From an uncultured Gammaproteobacteria bacterium (GTDB taxonomy: Bacteria; Patescibacteriota; Microgenomatia; UBA1406; GWC2-37-13), in NCBI GenBank assembly GCA_964488055.1, contig CAZATL010000003.1, forward strand, positions 245 to 64,244: a stretch of DNA of 64,000 bases, read 5' to 3'. The notes beneath the pieces were generated by a model. It made no database searches. It had not been told where the DNA came from and was given only the letters and a program-made list of their open reading frames with translations. Both the position numbers and the translations under genes were made by a program. Within the stretch, counting starts at the first letter, position 1. Each line of letters opens with the position of its first letter. This document shows, piece after piece, positions 28,784 to 37,499 of this stretch.

Positions 28784-28807
28784 CTCTTTGCTCTTTGCTC
28801 TTTGCTC
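28784..28807. repeat. Intergenic tandem heptamers, CTCTTTG x3.4
   Basis: The sequence reads ctctttg ctctttg ctctttg ctc. It lies between convergent gene ends (28729 and 28815). Confidence 0.9.
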
Positions 28808-28814
28808 TAAATTA

Positions 28815-29516
28815 TTATGTCATCAGCACAAAAAGTGCGAATGTAGCAGCCATTCGTAGCGCGTACACTGGGATCATGCTCTTGCGATACAGGAGCACAC
28901 TAGTCAAAACAAAACTAAGTAGAATCTCTGCCGTGAAATACATGACTAGTTTCTGCCCAAAAAGCTCCGGCATAGTCATAATCCTAGGAATTCGCAAGAA
29001 CATATGAAGCATACTTGCCTGAAAAATTGTTTTTATCACACCATGTGTCTCGTCCCAAATATGTCTTGCCACAAAACCCCTGGAGAGTGTTTCTTCTGTT
29101 AGCGATACCGCAGCAGAGATCGCTAGCATGTACGCGATATTCTCGATATTCAAACTACTTTTTGTGACAAACATCACATAAAGCGTAAAAAGAAAAAGGG
29201 GTATCGATATGATCGAAGCAAACTGTAGGTGTGACAAGATATTTTCTGTTGATAGCCACAGACCCGTCTTCCATGTTTTGCGTTCGACTGCCTTTACGTA
29301 ATAAAACACTGGCCACAGGAAAACAACTGGCTTGAAGATAAATTCGTCAAATGTCATTGGTGATGTTGACCCTATCGTGGATCTGTAGAAAGCCCAAACT
29401 ATCACAACTATTCCCCAAAGGTTGAATGCCTTTTGGGTGGGTGATACTACGCGACGGTGGTGTAGCTTGTGACTAGCGTGGCTCGTGGCCGCAGACTCTG
29501 GTTCTTTTTTTTCCAT
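28815..29516 (-). CDS. CPBP-family intramembrane metalloprotease (CAAX protease-like)
   Basis: It is polytopic, with LTEETLSRGFVARHIW (the EExxxR motif) and a downstream His motif (QASMLHMF). Confidence 0.75.
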   Translation of the reverse strand: MEKKEPESAATSHASHKLHHRRVVSPTQKAFNLWGIVVIVWAFYRSTIGSTSPMTFDEFIFKPVVFLWPVFYYVKAVERKTWKTGLWLSTENILSHLQFASIISIPLFLFTLYVMFVTKSSLNIENIAYMLAISAAVSLTEETLSRGFVARHIWDETHGVIKTIFQASMLHMFLRIPRIMTMPELFGQKLVMYFTAEILLSFVLTSVLLYRKSMIPVYALRMAATFALFVLMT

Positions 29517-29553
29517 ATTGTAGATCTAGCAATCGTACCAGATCCCAAGAGAC

Positions 29554-29583
29554 TTGACAATGTAGTAGTAGTAGTAGTACGAT
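29554..29583 (+). promoter_or_regulatory. Candidate promoter TTGACA-18 nt-TACGAT whose spacer is a (GTA)6 microsatellite
   Basis: TTGACA lies at 29554-29559. The (GTA)6 tract lies at 29562-29579. TACGAT lies at 29578-29583. The ATG at 29592 is 9 nt after the -10 box. Confidence 0.4.
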
Positions 29584-29591
29584 TTACGAAT

Positions 29592-30185
29592 ATGACAGAT
29601 GAATCTCGATCGGGTTTCGACCCAACAATAAACAAACCAGTAGAAGCCGTCGTTTCGGGCGCACCGGAAACCGCAGTTGAGAATGCGCCTGATCCATTCG
29701 CAGAGTACGAGGAAGTAATTAAAAGAAAAGTAGAAGCCGACCCCAATAGACTGCCTGTCATGTGGGATCGAGATGTTCCAAATGCAATAGCATTGCATGT
29801 AATCTCTAGCTCAACTGATAGCGCGTACATACATCAAGAAGCTGCAAATTTGATCAGACTTCTAGGCTCGCAAAATGCGGCCGTTGATAGAGAAATTGCT
29901 ATTTATCAGTCAGGCACACCTCACAGAGATGCAACAGCTGTACTAATTGCCAATCTTCGTGAAAGAATAGCTTATGTTAGTGGAATGAGAAGAGCACTTG
30001 AAAGAATAAATTCGTCTCCAAGCTCTACACCAACTACACAAGAATGCTATAGGCAGCTGACATTAAAAACCAGTATGAATGAATACTCATGGGGAGAAGG
30101 AGATGTGAAGCTATGCAAAGCTGCTATTGGTTATCTGGAGAATTATGCCAAGCGAACCCCATTCAAGGATGATGACGAATGGTGA
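29592..30185 (+). CDS. Hypothetical protein (no recognisable motif)
   Basis: The product is soluble and acidic, at 197 aa from ATG 29592. The longer tracked ORF (29469) would overlap the divergent CPBP gene and read through the GTA repeat as poly-Val. Confidence 0.5.
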   Translation: MTDESRSGFDPTINKPVEAVVSGAPETAVENAPDPFAEYEEVIKRKVEADPNRLPVMWDRDVPNAIALHVISSSTDSAYIHQEAANLIRLLGSQNAAVDREIAIYQSGTPHRDATAVLIANLRERIAYVSGMRRALERINSSPSSTPTTQECYRQLTLKTSMNEYSWGEGDVKLCKAAIGYLENYAKRTPFKDDDEW

Positions 30186-30222
30186 CGTACATCAATCTGA
30201 ATAAAATCAAGTGATCTAATTA

Positions 30223-31521
30223 CTATTCTAGATAGTCCCGTAGTTTTCTGGCTCGTGTTGGGTGTTTGAGCTTTCTTATCGCTTTAGCTTCAATCTGTCT
30301 GATGCGCTCACGAGTAACCTTGAATTCTTTGCCCACTTCCTCAAGAGTCTTTGGCTTCCCGTCCTCGAGCCCAAATCTCATGACAAGTACCTTCTTCTCA
30401 CGAGGAGATAGAGTCTCAAGCACGTCTCCTACAGCATCCTTGAGAAGCTCTCGACTCACGCGGTCATACATTGTAGGCTGTGTGGTATCCGCCACAAATT
30501 GCTCGAGCGTCGCCTCTTTGTCCTCGCCAACTGGGGTCGAAAGTGATTTTGGCTGCTGGGAGATCTTCACAAGATTCTCAACTTCCTCGACTGGTATCTC
30601 CATCTCTTTTGCGATTTGCTTTATTTCTGGTTCTTTGCCGAGTTTTTGGGCGAGTCTTCTCTGTGTCTTGTAGAATCTATTGATCTGGTCGACCATGTGC
30701 ACAGGTATGCGGATCGTACGCGACTGATCGGCTATGGCACGTGTTATGGCCTGGCGTATCCACCAAGTAGCGTATGTTGAGAATTTGAAACCGCGCTTCC
30801 AGTCGTACTTTTCGACACCTCTTATGAGACCTTTGTTACCCTCCTGAATAAGATCAAGAAATGACAGTCTACGGCCGAGATACTTCTTTGCGATAGATAC
30901 GACAAGGCGTAAATTGGCTTTTGTGAGCTTTTCCTTGGCATCCATATCACCCTTTTCATATGCTTTGGCAAGTGCAATCTCTTCCTCGAACTTGAGAAGT
31001 GGGGTCCTACCAATTTCTTTGAGATACTTTTTAATGGGGTCGAGACTCTCGCCATGCTTGATACTAATGAGCGCTTCAAGCTCCTTCTCCATGTCTTCTG
31101 CAGACTTGAACATATCAGCCTCATCTCTTGTGGATATCGACTCGAAGATATCGATTCCTTCGTGGAATGCCTGTATGAAAAATTCATCTATTTCCTCAAT
31201 ATGATTCTCCGGTTCGGAGAAGATCATGAGAATATCATCAAGCACCAAAAATCCGTCATCCTTGCCTTGCTTCAGCAGATCTCGAGCTGCCTTACCGAGC
31301 TTTACCTCACCGACTGACTTTGGTATTCTTTTCACGAAAACTGGAGCAGCCTCCTGCTTTGTAGCAGCTTTGGTAGTTTTTTTTACTATCGATTTCTTTG
31401 TTGCTTTGTCACTTTTTACTGGTTGCTTTTTTACTTTTTTTTCTGGCTTTACTGACTTCTGGGGTTTTGCTTTGATCTTTTTGTGTATTTTCTTTGTGGG
31501 TTTTTTTGTTGCTTTGGGCAT
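30223..31521 (-). CDS. rpoD: Primary RNA polymerase sigma factor (sigma-70/RpoD) with Lys-rich N-terminal tail
   Basis: Region 2 reads [54 protein letters not shown]. Region 4 reads [26 protein letters not shown]. The first roughly 60 aa are K/P/T-rich. Confidence 0.95.
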   Translation of the reverse strand: MPKATKKPTKKIHKKIKAKPQKSVKPEKKVKKQPVKSDKATKKSIVKKTTKAATKQEAAPVFVKRIPKSVGEVKLGKAARDLLKQGKDDGFLVLDDILMIFSEPENHIEEIDEFFIQAFHEGIDIFESISTRDEADMFKSAEDMEKELEALISIKHGESLDPIKKYLKEIGRTPLLKFEEEIALAKAYEKGDMDAKEKLTKANLRLVVSIAKKYLGRRLSFLDLIQEGNKGLIRGVEKYDWKRGFKFSTYATWWIRQAITRAIADQSRTIRIPVHMVDQINRFYKTQRRLAQKLGKEPEIKQIAKEMEIPVEEVENLVKISQQPKSLSTPVGEDKEATLEQFVADTTQPTMYDRVSRELLKDAVGDVLETLSPREKKVLVMRFGLEDGKPKTLEEVGKEFKVTRERIRQIEAKAIRKLKHPTRARKLRDYLE

Positions 31522-31721
31522 ACTTATTTATAGAAAATCAAAATGTTTATGTGTAGTTTTCACAAAAGGAATTCGCGCGAGACAAAATGAAGATGTGTCA
31601 GATTTATCAAGTGGCATACTCGCCACCTGAGAGAGTCACACCCATACAATTGTCGCTGACGATCCTTGAGAAATACTCACAAGGCGCTTTGCGCGCATGG
31701 ATAAAATAAACTGTACACATT

Positions 31722-33515
31722 TTACAGTACTTGGAGCTCCTTTTCCACTGATTTGAGCATGTCGCTAGCCATAGAAAGCGTTTCATCAGTTGGGTCATGA
31801 CCTCCATCCCCCTGGATTAGTGACAGCGCAAGGAGCTTTTTGAGCGTGAGAGCCAGTCGTAACACCTCTTTGGTCTCGTGCACACCATCATACTGCATCA
31901 CGCTTGACATAAGATACAGCTCCTCTGCCTTTGACCTATGCTCCTCTGGAAGTCTCATGAGACATGAGTTCACGTCTACTGGTAGACCAAGAGTTGACTG
32001 TTTTGACCAAGCATCATAAAGCTGGGCAAATGGTACTTTGTCAAACTCATCGCCCGTTAGAACTTCCTTGATTTTTTTGACTGCATCAACATCCTTTATC
32101 CTAAAGAGTGCACTTATCAGTTCTTTTTGGATTTTGACTTTTTGGGAGTCTGGTTGTGTATTTTGTTGCGTAGTCTTTGATATCCTTGGTTTTTGTTTTT
32201 TGGCATTATTTATAGCCTCTTCTATGGAGCTGACTGATGTAGATACATATTCTGCAATTTTCTTGATGTAGTGATCTTTTACTATAGAATTATCTGCATG
32301 CACTAAAAACTCCGCCATTTTTGCTGTAAATTTCTTCTTGGAATATGGATCATCAGATTTCACTTCACTGGAAAAAGTGGAAAAAAGATAATCAAAGACA
32401 GGAGTTGGATTTGCAACAATTTTCTTAAATTCATTGAGATGCTCACGTGCTGCGTCATCTGGATCCTTTCCTCCTGGCATCTCGCACACATATATGTCAA
32501 ACCCAAAAGGTGATGCCTCGATAATGCTCCGCCTCAACGCATCCTGCCCAGCCTTGTCATTGTCCAGTGCCAATATGAGTCTGTCGCAGTATCTCTTTAG
32601 TATCTTTAGCTGCTCTTGTGTGAAAGCCGAGCCCTTTATAGCTACGATATTCTCGATACCTTTTGTATATGGCGTCAGAAAATCAAACTCCCCCTCGACA
32701 ACTATCACTGCATTTTCCTTACGCACTGCATCTTTTGAGATAGAGAAGCCATACAGACTTTCTCTTTTGTGATAGACGAGTGTCTCCGGTGTGTTGACAT
32801 ATTTAGCACCTGTCTTCTCCGTCGGTTCGACACCACCAAGCAATCTACCCGAAAACCCAACTACCTTACCCAGTGTGTTCATGATAGGGAAGATGAGTCT
32901 TCCACGGAACCTATCTATTGCCCCACGAGATGTACCAATAGCGAGACCTGTCGCGACTATGTCTTCGTTTTTGTAGCCCTTTTTATGTAGGTATCCGACC
33001 AGACTATCCCAGCCAGTAGGCGCAAAACCTAGCATGAATTTATCTGCTATGCCCGGCGGGAGCGCGCGCGACTCAAGATAAGCGCGCGCTTGACTTGCTA
33101 TAGCGTGACTCTTCAAAATGTACGCATAGTATTTCGCAGTTAACTCATTTATCTCAAACAGTTTATTTCTCTTCTCGCTCTCCGAATCAGCAAATCCTGA
33201 TCTCTCCAGCTTATCTGTGATATTGACACCCGACCTTTGGGCAAGGATTTTCAGGGCATCAGAAAATGGAACGTTTTCCCACTTCATCACAAATGTGATG
33301 ACATCCCCACCCTCGTGACACGCGCCGAAGCAGTGCCACCTCTGTATCTCTGGAGAAACGACAAAAGATGGGGTCTTCTCGTCGTGGAATGGGCAGTTTG
33401 CCTTGAAGTATTTTCCCGCCTTCTTGAGGTTCACATAGGAGCCAACAAGATCAACTATATCTGTCTTCGATTTTATTTCATCTACTATCGACTGGATGGA
33501 TGTTGTGCTTGTCAT
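31722..33515 (-). CDS. dnaG: DNA primase
   Basis: It has the zinc-finger block CPFHDEKTPSFVVSPEIQRWHCFGACHEGGDVITF and TOPRIM-type EGEFD and DNDKAGQ. It lies directly upstream of rpoD, as in the classical dnaG-rpoD arrangement. I chose ATG 33515; the tracked start at 33533 is TTG. Confidence 0.93.
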   Translation of the reverse strand: MTSTTSIQSIVDEIKSKTDIVDLVGSYVNLKKAGKYFKANCPFHDEKTPSFVVSPEIQRWHCFGACHEGGDVITFVMKWENVPFSDALKILAQRSGVNITDKLERSGFADSESEKRNKLFEINELTAKYYAYILKSHAIASQARAYLESRALPPGIADKFMLGFAPTGWDSLVGYLHKKGYKNEDIVATGLAIGTSRGAIDRFRGRLIFPIMNTLGKVVGFSGRLLGGVEPTEKTGAKYVNTPETLVYHKRESLYGFSISKDAVRKENAVIVVEGEFDFLTPYTKGIENIVAIKGSAFTQEQLKILKRYCDRLILALDNDKAGQDALRRSIIEASPFGFDIYVCEMPGGKDPDDAAREHLNEFKKIVANPTPVFDYLFSTFSSEVKSDDPYSKKKFTAKMAEFLVHADNSIVKDHYIKKIAEYVSTSVSSIEEAINNAKKQKPRISKTTQQNTQPDSQKVKIQKELISALFRIKDVDAVKKIKEVLTGDEFDKVPFAQLYDAWSKQSTLGLPVDVNSCLMRLPEEHRSKAEELYLMSSVMQYDGVHETKEVLRLALTLKKLLALSLIQGDGGHDPTDETLSMASDMLKSVEKELQVL

Positions 33516-33599
33516 CGATCTGTATTGTACCAAGGTTGAGACAGCAAGTTGTCACTGGAATAGCTATCCCCCTTGCAAACTATACCCAGCTGTCCTACT

Positions 33600-35114
33600 A
33601 TGATACATATGGTGATCTTTCATATCAAACCACAAGAAGTTTCTTTCCTTTATTCGAAAAAGTCTGCCATATTGGGTGGAAGCGAGACCCGCTGGTCATC
33701 GCACAAGCTTGTCAAGCCTGTCATAAAGGATGGCGTTATCATCTCCGTTGATATTCTTGCATCTGCCATGAAAGAGGCACTTGGCGATGTTTCAGTCTCT
33801 TCAGACAAAGAAGTCGTTGTCGTACTTGACCACAGTCTATACAAACTTGTACGGACAGAGATACCACAAGACATGGACAAGTCAGAGTATCACTCTTACC
33901 TAAAAAATGCTTATATCGAAACAACAAAAGAAACAGAGGGTAATTGTGTGTTTGAGATGATTGTAAAAGAGTTTGAATCACGAAAGTTCGGATTTGTATA
34001 TACATTTGATCTTGAGTCACTGGAAACCCTTGAGAAGTCAATGTCGCTTCTTGACATGAAAGTATCGTATGTCGTACCTGAGCACATATCTTACTATGCC
34101 ATATTCGAAAAGACATTGAGACTGGATAAACACGAATATATACTTTTTGCAAAGTACGAGTCTGGTACGCTTGAAGGATATCTTTTTGACACTTTTGGAC
34201 CTGTGCCAAACCAAAAAACTTGGAAAAAGGACAAAGTATCAGCAAGCAACATCGAGTCTATCCTCAAAGACAAGTCTTCAGAAATAGAGAAAGAGGTCGC
34301 AAAGCTCAATCGCATCATCATTGCAGGTACCGATTCTGAAAAAATCAGACAAGACACCTTCACAAAAAATGTAGGAGTTTGGACAAATCCCCTAAAGAGA
34401 ATACTGCCAAATTTCTACGAAGAATACCTGAATTTGCTAAAGCCCAAATCTGACTCTGCTCCAATTTTTCCAACGCTCACATATCCAGCACTTTTTGGCG
34501 GATTCGTCACTGCTCAAGACGGTAAGTCATTCCCCTTCCAAAAAAAGAAAAAGGATTCAATCGAAAAGGTAAATATTCAAGATGCTCAAGTTAATCATTC
34601 AAATACAAACAATATGGGAACCCAAAGTGAGAAAAAAGGATTAAAAATACCCAAAGAAGCGATTCTATTTTTGGTAATTTTCATCGTCACTTTTGCTCTT
34701 TTCTATTTCATCGCAGCAAGCAGAAGTAAGGATGGCGTCAATCTGCCATTTTTGACAAAACCAACAGAGACCCCAACGCCGTCTCCATCACCAGTTCCGC
34801 CCACCCCTACGCCAACAGTTGTCGTAAAGAGAGAAGAGGTAAACGTAAAGGTACTAAACGGAACGGGAGTAGCCGGGCAAGCAGGAGGACTGAAGGCAGC
34901 ACTTCTGAAGGCTGGATATGTGGGCGTAGTCACTGATAATGCAGACAAATATGACTACACCCAATCTGTCCTCCAGATAAAATCTGGTAAGGAATATCTA
35001 GAGTCGACCATTCTTGAGGATATCAAAGACTTTATAACAGGTCCCAAAGTCGAAACGCTAGATAGCGCAGAGACCGCGGATGTTGTTGTGATAATTGGCA
35101 AAGATATAAAGTAA
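33600..35114 (+). CDS. Membrane protein with extracytoplasmic LytR_C-type domain and cytoplasmic PilM/FtsA-like N-terminal region
   Basis: The C-terminus VNVKVLNGTGVAGQAGGLKAALLKAGY...ADVVVIIGKD is LytR_cpsA_psr C-terminal-domain-like. There is a single TM (ILFLVIFIVTFALFYFIAA) and a PT-rich linker. The roughly 340-aa N-terminal region assignment is weak. The start could be 33573 (TTG), 33600 or 33609. Confidence 0.6.
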   Translation: MIHMVIFHIKPQEVSFLYSKKSAILGGSETRWSSHKLVKPVIKDGVIISVDILASAMKEALGDVSVSSDKEVVVVLDHSLYKLVRTEIPQDMDKSEYHSYLKNAYIETTKETEGNCVFEMIVKEFESRKFGFVYTFDLESLETLEKSMSLLDMKVSYVVPEHISYYAIFEKTLRLDKHEYILFAKYESGTLEGYLFDTFGPVPNQKTWKKDKVSASNIESILKDKSSEIEKEVAKLNRIIIAGTDSEKIRQDTFTKNVGVWTNPLKRILPNFYEEYLNLLKPKSDSAPIFPTLTYPALFGGFVTAQDGKSFPFQKKKKDSIEKVNIQDAQVNHSNTNNMGTQSEKKGLKIPKEAILFLVIFIVTFALFYFIAASRSKDGVNLPFLTKPTETPTPSPSPVPPTPTPTVVVKREEVNVKVLNGTGVAGQAGGLKAALLKAGYVGVVTDNADKYDYTQSVLQIKSGKEYLESTILEDIKDFITGPKVETLDSAETADVVVIIGKDIK

Positions 35115-35143
35115 GGAGCAAAGGTTAGTAAATAAAAAATGTT

Positions 35144-35173
35144 AAGGGCGGGGTGGTAACCCCGCCCTTTTTA
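35144..35173 (+). terminator. Rho-independent terminator hairpin
   Basis: The stems aagggcgggg and ccccgccctt form 10 perfect bp around the 6-nt loop tggtaa, followed by a T-run. It lies 30 nt after the stop of the LytR_C gene. Confidence 0.8.
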
Positions 35174-35174
35174 A

Positions 35175-35183
35175 TGTTATAAT
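35175..35183 (+). promoter_or_regulatory. Extended -10 promoter element TGTTATAAT upstream of prfB
   Basis: An exact TGnTATAAT lies at 35175-35183. The same 9-mer occurs at 1680-1688. Confidence 0.5.
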
Positions 35184-35199
35184 CAGGTCTATTTCGTAG

Positions 35200-35235
35200 C
35201 CTTACAAACCTTATAAACTTTACGAACTTTACAAA
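35200..35235 (+). repeat. Four tandem 9-mers CYTTAYRAA in the prfB leader
   Basis: The sequence reads ccttacaaa ccttataaa ctttacgaa ctttacaaa, then ctaacac ATG. A second copy of the array lies at 56990-57025. Confidence 0.9.
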
Positions 35236-35242
35236 CTAACAC

Positions 35243-36241
35243 ATGGACGAACTCCAAAAAAAATACCAGGCTATCCTAGTGGGAGTAGATCTGGACAAAA
35301 CAAAATCCGACCTCAAGATACTACAGGACAAGACTTATGACCCAGAGTTTTGGGCTGACATAGAAGGCTCAAAGACCGTCATGAAGGAGATAAAAAGACT
35401 AGAGAAACTAATAGACGATGTGGAGATGATCGCTCTTCTTCTTGACGATCATCAAGAGGATGAGGCCAGGAAGCTCATCGAGGCATACGAGGTGCAGCTT
35501 TTTTTGTCGGGACCCCATGACAAAGGTGATTGTATTTTCGGTATTCATGCTGGACAAGGTGGCACTGAAGCTATGGACTGGGCACACATGTTATACCGTA
35601 TGTATAGCAGATATTTTGAAAAAAAAGGTTATACAACAGAGACAATCGACTGGGTAGATGGTGAGGAGGCAGGTATAAAAACTGTCGTCATGAACGTGAG
35701 GGGGGAATTTGCTTACGGGCTACTGCGCTGCGAGGCTGGAGTACATCGCTTAGTGAGGCAATCTCCATTCAATGCAGACAAGTTGAGACAAACGTCTTTC
35801 GCTCTCATTGAAGTTCTTCCAATCCTTGAGAAAACAGAGATAGATATAAAAGATTCTGAACTAGAATGGGATTTCTTCAGGGCAGGTGGACATGGTGGAC
35901 AAAACGTAAACAAAGTCGCATCAGCAGTCAGACTCACCCACAAACCAACTGGCATTATCGTATCATGTCAGACAGAAAGAGAACAAAGACAAAATAGAGA
36001 AACAGCACTAAAAATACTGACGTCGAAGCTTTGGCAAATTCGCGAAGATTCACTTAACGAAGCTCAAGACAGCTTCAAAAAAGACAAAATAGCGGGATGG
36101 GGCAGACAGATACGCTCGTATGTGCTCCACCCATACAAAATGGTGAAAGATCTTCGTACAGAATATGAAACATCTGATACTGTAGGTGTGCTTGACGGCG
36201 ACCTTGACCCCTTCATCGAAAGCTACCTAAAAAAGAAATGA
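35243..36241 (+). CDS. prfB: Peptide chain release factor 2 (single uninterrupted ORF)
   Basis: It has the SPF tripeptide (RQSPFNA), the GGQ motif ([11 protein letters not shown]), and the RF2-type N-terminus ...DPEFWAD... No in-frame TGA or +1 frameshift site was seen. Confidence 0.93.
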   Translation: MDELQKKYQAILVGVDLDKTKSDLKILQDKTYDPEFWADIEGSKTVMKEIKRLEKLIDDVEMIALLLDDHQEDEARKLIEAYEVQLFLSGPHDKGDCIFGIHAGQGGTEAMDWAHMLYRMYSRYFEKKGYTTETIDWVDGEEAGIKTVVMNVRGEFAYGLLRCEAGVHRLVRQSPFNADKLRQTSFALIEVLPILEKTEIDIKDSELEWDFFRAGGHGGQNVNKVASAVRLTHKPTGIIVSCQTEREQRQNRETALKILTSKLWQIREDSLNEAQDSFKKDKIAGWGRQIRSYVLHPYKMVKDLRTEYETSDTVGVLDGDLDPFIESYLKKK

Positions 36242-36299
36242 GACATAAGTGTTTTTGTCTTGCACATTCTGTGTTTTTTTGTTATCCTGATGCAGCACT

Positions 36300-36776
36300 A
36301 TGGTCCATACAAATACCATTCATGAAATTGACAAATTACCAGATAACAATGTTCCTGTTGATATGCCAAAAAAATCCATCCCAAAACACACAGCTTTTTT
36401 TATCTTGTCTTCCATCATCTTACTAGGGATCATAACTGGCACTGTTGTTGCTCTCCTATCGCCTAGCAAATCATCAGTCACGGGCAAAAATGATGTAGTC
36501 ATGGTCCCAACAGGCAAAAATGCCCAGAGCGCAGGAGTTCTAGACAAAAAGACATTCACGGACTCGACGGAGGGGATTCTCAAAGAAGGTGGTTTTGAGG
36601 GTGAGGGAAGTCATCATCTTGAGCGAGGCGCAAAAGACCAGACCGCATATCTCACCTCGAGTACTATAGACATGTCACCGTTCGTTGGTAAAAAGGTAAA
36701 GGTGTGGGGGCAAACTCACACAAGCGAAAAGGTAGGTTGGTTCATGGATGTGGGATATATTGAGATCTCAAAGTGA
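36300..36776 (+). CDS. Hypothetical single-pass membrane protein
   Basis: It has one TM (AFFILSSIILLGIITGTVVALL) and a roughly 100-aa extracytoplasmic part. No motif was recognised. Confidence 0.5.
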   Translation: MVHTNTIHEIDKLPDNNVPVDMPKKSIPKHTAFFILSSIILLGIITGTVVALLSPSKSSVTGKNDVVMVPTGKNAQSAGVLDKKTFTDSTEGILKEGGFEGEGSHHLERGAKDQTAYLTSSTIDMSPFVGKKVKVWGQTHTSEKVGWFMDVGYIEISK

Positions 36777-36821
36777 CATTATTAGCGTTTTCGAGATACT
36801 CGCCTCAAGTCAAATATAAAT

Positions 36822-37496
36822 ATGATCTCATTTTCTGAAGTTACAATTAAGTTTGGCAATGGAGTGACTGCAATGGAGGATGTCTCGTTCTCTATAGCCA
36901 AAAATGAGTTTGTGTTCCTTATTGGAGCATCTGGCGCTGGCAAGAGCACGGTATTGAGTTGTATTATGGGAGTACATAAGCCCAAAAAAGGCAGTGTAGA
37001 GGTCGGCGAGCCACCAGTAAGAGTACAAAAACTAAAAGGACGCAAGTTAGCCCAACATAGGCAAAATATCGGATTTGTCTTCCAGGACTTCAAGATACTA
37101 CCTTACAAAAATATCATTGAGAATGTCGTTCTCGCACTAAGTGCAAAAGATATACCTTTGGCATTTCAGAAACAAGAAGCAATGGATGCTCTGGCGAAAG
37201 TCGGGCTGCAGAATAAGATCCAAGAATTCCCAGTACAACTATCTGCTGGAGAGTTACAGCGCGTCGCAATTGCTAGGGCACTGGCTGGCGACAGACAGAT
37301 CATTCTCGCAGATGAACCAACTGGTAATCTCGATCCTAAGACCACGTGGGATGTCATGAAGCTCTTCACGAATCTCGCAGGCCAAAGGACCATACTTATA
37401 GCGACTCACAACATAGATGTAGTAAACAGTCTCAAGAAGCGCACTATCACCCTGGACAAAGGCAAAGTCATCGCAGACAAAACTTACGATACATAA
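36822..37496 (+). CDS. ftsE: Cell-division ABC ATPase FtsE
   Basis: Walker A is GASGAGKST, the ABC signature is LSAGELQRVAIARAL, and Walker B is IILADEPTGNLD. It is 224 aa and is followed 4 nt later by the ftsX-like gene. Confidence 0.9.
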   Translation: MISFSEVTIKFGNGVTAMEDVSFSIAKNEFVFLIGASGAGKSTVLSCIMGVHKPKKGSVEVGEPPVRVQKLKGRKLAQHRQNIGFVFQDFKILPYKNIIENVVLALSAKDIPLAFQKQEAMDALAKVGLQNKIQEFPVQLSAGELQRVAIARALAGDRQIILADEPTGNLDPKTTWDVMKLFTNLAGQRTILIATHNIDVVNSLKKRTITLDKGKVIADKTYDT

Positions 37497-37499
37497 ACT

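Noticed and set aside
29447-29830. A minus-strand 127-aa ORF, and the long 29469 start of the plus-strand ORF
   Set aside because: Both cross the divergent promoter region and read the (GTA)6 tract as poly-T/poly-V style low complexity. The shorter gene models (CPBP start 29516, orphan start 29592) leave a sensible 75-bp divergent spacer.
31522-31721. A structured RNA or small gene in the 200-nt dnaG-rpoD spacer
   Set aside because: Only short palindromes (gcgcgc-type, and gtggc/gccac at 5 bp) are present. There is no extended pairing, repeat or ORF, so it is more likely an rpoD promoter region.
33739-34245. A 168-aa minus-strand ORF inside the LytR_C-protein gene
   Set aside because: It is antisense to a longer ORF that carries a recognisable C-terminal domain. 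Its Gln/Leu/Cys-rich translation has no motif, so it is a shadow ORF.
35243-36241. A programmed +1 frameshift in prfB
   Set aside because: The ORF is continuous from ATG 35243 through the region that carries the CTT-TGA-C shift site in many bacteria. Here it reads ...[12 protein letters not shown]... There is no in-frame TGA and no upstream short ORF, so it is a non-frameshifted RF2 gene.
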